From Octopus bimaculoides (Eukaryota), in the NCBI RefSeq assembly GCF_001194135.2, contig NC_068984.1, positions 117,313,378 through 117,352,522 on the forward strand: a DNA stretch of 39,145 nucleotides. Direction: 5' to 3'. Position 1 is the first letter of the stretch. Every line of letters begins with the position of its first letter. The position numbers were made by a program, and so were the translations under genes. This document shows, piece by piece, positions 34,752 to 39,145 of the stretch. The notes beneath the pieces were generated by a model. The model ran no database searches. It was not told the origin of the DNA and was given only the letters and a program-made list of their open reading frames with translations.

Positions 34752-34970
34752 ATCCTTTTTATTATAGGCACAAACCCTGAAATTTTGGAGTAGGGGACTA
34801 GTTGATTACATCAACCCCAGTTGCTTACATCAACTGGTACTTATTTTATCGACCTCGAAAGGATGAAAGGCAAAGTCGACCTCAGTGGAATTTGAACTCA
34901 GAATGTAAGAACAGACAAAATGCCACTAAGCATTTCAGTTAACATGTTTACGATTCTGCAGCTCGCCACC
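34752..34970 (-). mobile_element. SINE family C within (TAA)n
   Basis: ctggtacttattttatcgacctcgaaaggatgaaaggcaaagtcgacctc core. Confidence 0.85.
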
Positions 34971-35862
34971 AATATTAATAACGATAATTGTAATAATTAG
35001 CAATAACAATAATAATAATATTAATAACAATATAACTTTATGCTTCAAGAAAGAAAAGAAAAGGTGTGTCGAGAACAATGTGTTGTAATAATATTCATTA
35101 CTTTTCCAACAAACAATACTAACAAAAATAAGCAAATAAAAAAAAAACCAACAAAAACAACAAAAAAAAAACATAGTTCCAACTGGGAATTTGAAACCAG
35201 CTCACAGATTTAATTGGCACAGAATTTGTCCCTGCACCATGGTAATGCTGCCACAGCCATCTTCATCATCATCATCATCACCATTGCGGTCATCATCATT
35301 TTCCTCCTCCTCCTCATCATCATCATCATATCACAACAACAACAATATTAAATAGTCAATTTTCCTCCTATTTAATAAATTGTTCTATGTTATAAAAACC
35401 GTACATCATATTTACAAATATCACATATTATTTTCATGCATTAAATTTTATCTTCATATATATATNNNNNNNNNNNNNNNNNNNNNNNNNNNNNNNNNNN
35501 NNNNNNNNNNNNNNNNNNNNNNNNNNNNNNNNNNNNNNNNNNNNNNNNNNNNNNNNNNNNNNNNNNNNNNNNNNNNNNNNNNNNNNNNNNNNNNNNNNNN
35601 NNNNNNNNNNNNNNNNNNNNNNNNNNNNNNNNNNNNNNNNNNNNNNNNNNNNNNNNNNNNNNNNNNNNNNNNNNNNNNNNNNNNNNNNNNNNNNNNNNNN
35701 NNNNNNNNNNNNNNNNNNNNNNNNNNNNNNNNNNNNNNNNNNNNNNNNNNNNNNNNNNNNNNNNNNNNNNNNNNNNNNNNNNNNNNNNNNNNNNNNNNNN
35801 NNNNNNNNNNNNNNNNNNNNNNNNNNNNNNNNNNNNNNNNNNNNNNNNNNNNNNNNNNNNNN

Positions 35863-35967
35863 AAGAAGAAGAAGAAGAAGAAGAAGAAGAAGAAGAAGAA
35901 GAAGAAGAAGAAGAAGAAGAAGAAGAAGAAGAAGAAGAAGAAGAAGAAGAAGAAGAAGAAGAAGAAG
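35863..35967. repeat. (AAG)n trinucleotide microsatellite
   Basis: Perfect run adjoining the 35466-35862 gap. Confidence 0.97.
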
Positions 35968-36340
35968 AGTAAAGTAATATAGTAAGTTTCAGTAAAGTAT
36001 AACGGATTTGAATGGAGGGAAAAAAAAACCTCACCCTTTCCTGCCTCTCAGAAGGAAAAATTAATTTAATACAGTGTAACAAGTATATCAATAAAAAGGA
36101 GTGAGATGTCCAGTTGAGTAAGGGGAGATAATCCTTAAATACATACAGTTACACACATATATATACATATATATTGTCAGTGAATCATAAATCCAGAAAA
36201 AAAAAATGCACTCTAAGTTATAGAGCAGTAAAGTATATAGATAAAGATGGACATGGCCGGTCTATGGGGTTACCTTGAGTTTCATGTCCATAAAGAGTGT
36301 AGCTTTACAGCATTTCTTGAGGCCCTAGGCCTATGGCTTC

Positions 36341-36397
<57 letters not shown>

Positions 36398-36430
36398 TAA
36401 TAATAATAATAATAACAATAATAATAATAA

Positions 36431-36713
36431 CTCGAATGTGGAATCTAAAAACAGAAACAATTCCTATTATAGTAGGTGCCTTAGGTATAATAAAAAAATA
36501 TTCAGACAAATACATAACAAAAACACCAGGACTTACAAATATATATAACATACAGAAAATTGCACTACTGGGCACTGCACACATCCTACGCAAAACACTT
36601 TCAATACAGTAACCATAAGAGCATCACAGCAAACCACAGCACATACCCAAGGCACACAGAGCGGTAGTGAAGTGAAAGCACATTTAAAAATAAAACTACT
36701 GAATAATAATAAC

Positions 36714-36751
<38 letters not shown>
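36431..36751 (+). mobile_element. 5'-truncated R4/Dong-type (RLE) non-LTR retrotransposon with 3' UTR and (TAA)n tail
   Basis: RMWNLKTETIPIIVGALGIIKK...IQKIALLGTAHILRKTLSIQ*; (TAA)n on both sides. Confidence 0.88.
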
Positions 36752-36753
<2 letters not shown>

Positions 36754-36754
36754 G

Positions 36755-36970
36755 TAGTTTCAAATGTTGGCATAAGGCCAGCAATTTTGGGAGAAGGGTT
36801 AAGTTGATTACATCAACTCCAGTGTTCAACTAGTTCTTATTTTATTGACTTTGAAAGGCTGAAAAGCAAAGTCTACCTCGGCAGGATTTGAACTCAGAAC
36901 ATAAAGGTGGATGAAATGCCGCTAAGCATTTTGTTTGGTGTGTTAATGTTTCAACCATCTCACTGCCCTA
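36755..36970 (-). mobile_element. SINE family C within (TAA)n
   Basis: C-family core and tail. Confidence 0.85.
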
Positions 36971-37011
36971 ATAATTAATAATAATGATAATGATAATAAT
37001 AATAATAACAA

Positions 37012-37198
37012 TACTTTCTACTGTAGGCATAAGGCCTGAAACTTTGCGGGAGGGGATTAGCTGATTACATTGACCCAGTGCTCAACTGGTACTTATTTTA
37101 TCAGCCCCGAAAGGATGAAGGGCAAAGTTGACCCCAGCGACATTTGGACTCAGAATGTAAAGGCACATAAAATACTGCTAAGTAATTTACCTGGCCTG
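37012..37198 (-). mobile_element. SINE family C within (TAA)n
   Basis: C-family core and tail. Confidence 0.85.
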
Positions 37199-37199
37199 C

Positions 37200-37251
<52 letters not shown>

Positions 37252-37775
37252 GTGATTGTAGGATCCTAGAGATCCTACAATCACTGGTACAATAGTTGCC
37301 ATGAGATTCCACATTTTTTCAATTTCTATTAGCAAGTCTTTATATTTACTGATCTTGTCAAAATCAATATAGCGGTGAAAGAATTTGACAAGATCAGTAG
37401 ATATAAAGACTTGCTGATAGACATTGAAAAAATGTGGCACCTCAAGGCGACTACCGTACCAGTGATTGTAGGATCTCTAGGAATGATAAAAAAAGTTACT
37501 GAAACCTATTTGAAAATGATACCAGGCTTACTATCCCTACAGGAAGTGCAAAAAATCGTGCTAACTGGAACGACTCATGTACTGAGAAGAGCATTATCGC
37601 TGTGAAAACAACATCCACGAACATTCACGAATTTATTTTTTACATATATATTTTACCTGTAAATTTGCATGTGTAAACTGGGAATGCATACAATGAGCTT
37701 CTCTGCCCTAAGTGTACGGAAAATACTTGGCAAGAAATGGAATAAAATTTGAAGAAAGAAGAAAAAAAGAACATA
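37252..37775 (+). mobile_element. Second 5'-truncated R4/Dong-type LINE with an inverted duplication of its 5' end
   Basis: KEFDKISRYKDLLIDIEKMWHLKATTVPVIVGSLGMIKK...VQKIVLTGTTHVLRRALSL* (37375-37605); 37264-37365 is the reverse complement of 37381-37482. Confidence 0.88.
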
Positions 37776-38667
37776 ATAATAATAATAATAATAATGGTGG
37801 TGATGATGATGATAATAATAATACATTCCCTTACCAAACCAAGTTGATTTTGGCCCCCAAATTGAGGAGCATGTTATATACATAGCATATAATATATAAA
37901 CTTTTATGATGTCTTTTAAACTAATTCTTGAAAACATTTTTGCATAAGGGGAAATTTAGCTGCTGGCTAAAAACAAGCACATGCAGTTAGACATGGTAGA
38001 GTATATGAACTGAATGTCTAGCAAAACTTTAGTTCGGTCAGCGTCCTCTGTTCTACTTTCAGAATTCAAATCTAATTGGGTTCAATAAAACATAACATGC
38101 GGGAGAGATGCCGTGAGGGTGGTGGTGGTGGGGGGGCATGTTGTCATTGATGTTGATTTTAGTAATCAGCTACACAACCTTCCCTTTCCACTCCAACATG
38201 TTCTGGGCTTTGTGACGACAACAAAAGAAAATCAATATTAAGAACGAAAGAAAAGAGAGAAAGAAAACAATGGCCTAACTAATCAATCAGCTTTACCACG
38301 AGATGAGAAATGATTTAATAAAGCAAACGGCTACACTATGCAGTTATGCAGTTTATATGCAGAGTAATTACACACGGGGATTCTGCTGATGCAGCTGTAG
38401 AAATATATAAGGGAAAATAAGGAAAATAAAAAAATAATTTATTCTGCTAAAACAAGCAATGCAAATCGGTGAATGAGAATGTTATTAGTAGAGAAGGGTA
38501 CTAGGAGATACTGTTAATGACTATGTAACTAAGCTAATGAAACCACACAAAAAAATTTTTAATAAAAAAGGGAAAATAGAAGGGATAAAAGAAACAGGAA
38601 CACGTAATGAAATATGGCAGAATGAATGTATTATCATAGTAAATGTCTACATACTAAATATTTACTA

Positions 38668-38765
38668 GTAGGCGCAGGAGTGGCTATGTGGTAAGTAGCT
38701 TGCTTACCAACTACATGGTTCCAGGTTCAGTCCCACTGCGTGGCACCTTGGGCAAGTGTCTTCTT
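38668..38765 (+). mobile_element. SINE family A head, 3'-truncated
   Basis: taggcgcaggagtggctatgtggtaagtagcttgcttacc...ggcaccttgggcaagtgtcttct. Confidence 0.88.
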
Positions 38766-39145
38766 TAAATTTTCCTTATACAGATCCAGTATAATGTTTG
38801 GTCTCTGTCCAACCATTGCCATAGTTTGCTGATACCTGTGTTCGTTAAGCAACAGAGGATATACAATGGGCAAGATTTTTTCTTCATGTTCACATTTTAA
38901 AAAATACATCTTAGTGGAAATTAAGGATAAACCACTAGACACACCATATTCCAGTGTTGGTTTATGAAATTTTTATATTTGTAAGGCACTGATTATATTT
39001 ACTGAGAATTTAATTACCCCCATTCTGTTTCTCTCAGTCTTTTTTTTTAAATGTGCATGTTAATTCAAAAGCTGATTGTACGAAATGCAGTCACTAAACT
39101 GACTTGTTTTCACCAGCTTGATAAATGGTGAAATAAATTAATATT

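Noticed and set aside
32078-36548. Poly-N, poly-D, poly-I and poly-L ORFs
   Set aside because: Translations of (TAA)n and (GAT)n repeats; only the 36431-36612 part is real LINE coding sequence.

Overview
AT-rich, repeat-dominated eukaryotic DNA from a draft assembly (11 N-gaps, about 2.5 kb in total, mostly next to microsatellites). The SINE families and dense (TA/CA/CATA/TAA/GAT)n repeats look like octopus DNA; this is inferred from recalled repeat families, not a search. No intact protein-coding gene could be identified. The clearest structure is a nested transposon stack at about 12.9-18.5 kb. There a decayed minus-strand Ty3/Gypsy element (gag remnant, RT with YLDD, RNase H, integrase) is interrupted by a full-length but dead 2.75-kb Buster/Charlie-type hAT transposon and an RTE-tailed SINE, and a SINE fragment in the stack carries a solo LTR. 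The rest of the window holds about 30 SINE copies or fragments from at least 4 families, three 3' fragments of restriction-like-endonuclease (R4/Dong-type) LINEs, a TA-flanked Tc1/mariner MITE, TTAA-flanked MITE-like repeats and several fold-back palindromes. One palindrome consists of two back-to-back tRNA-like units. Some short exon-like segments with canonical splice signals occur, but their strand and product are unresolved. I found no convincing new biological system; the best leads are the palindromes, the inverted SINE pairs (possible dsRNA/ADAR substrates) and a (TAA)n-targeted insertion hotspot with a strand rule.
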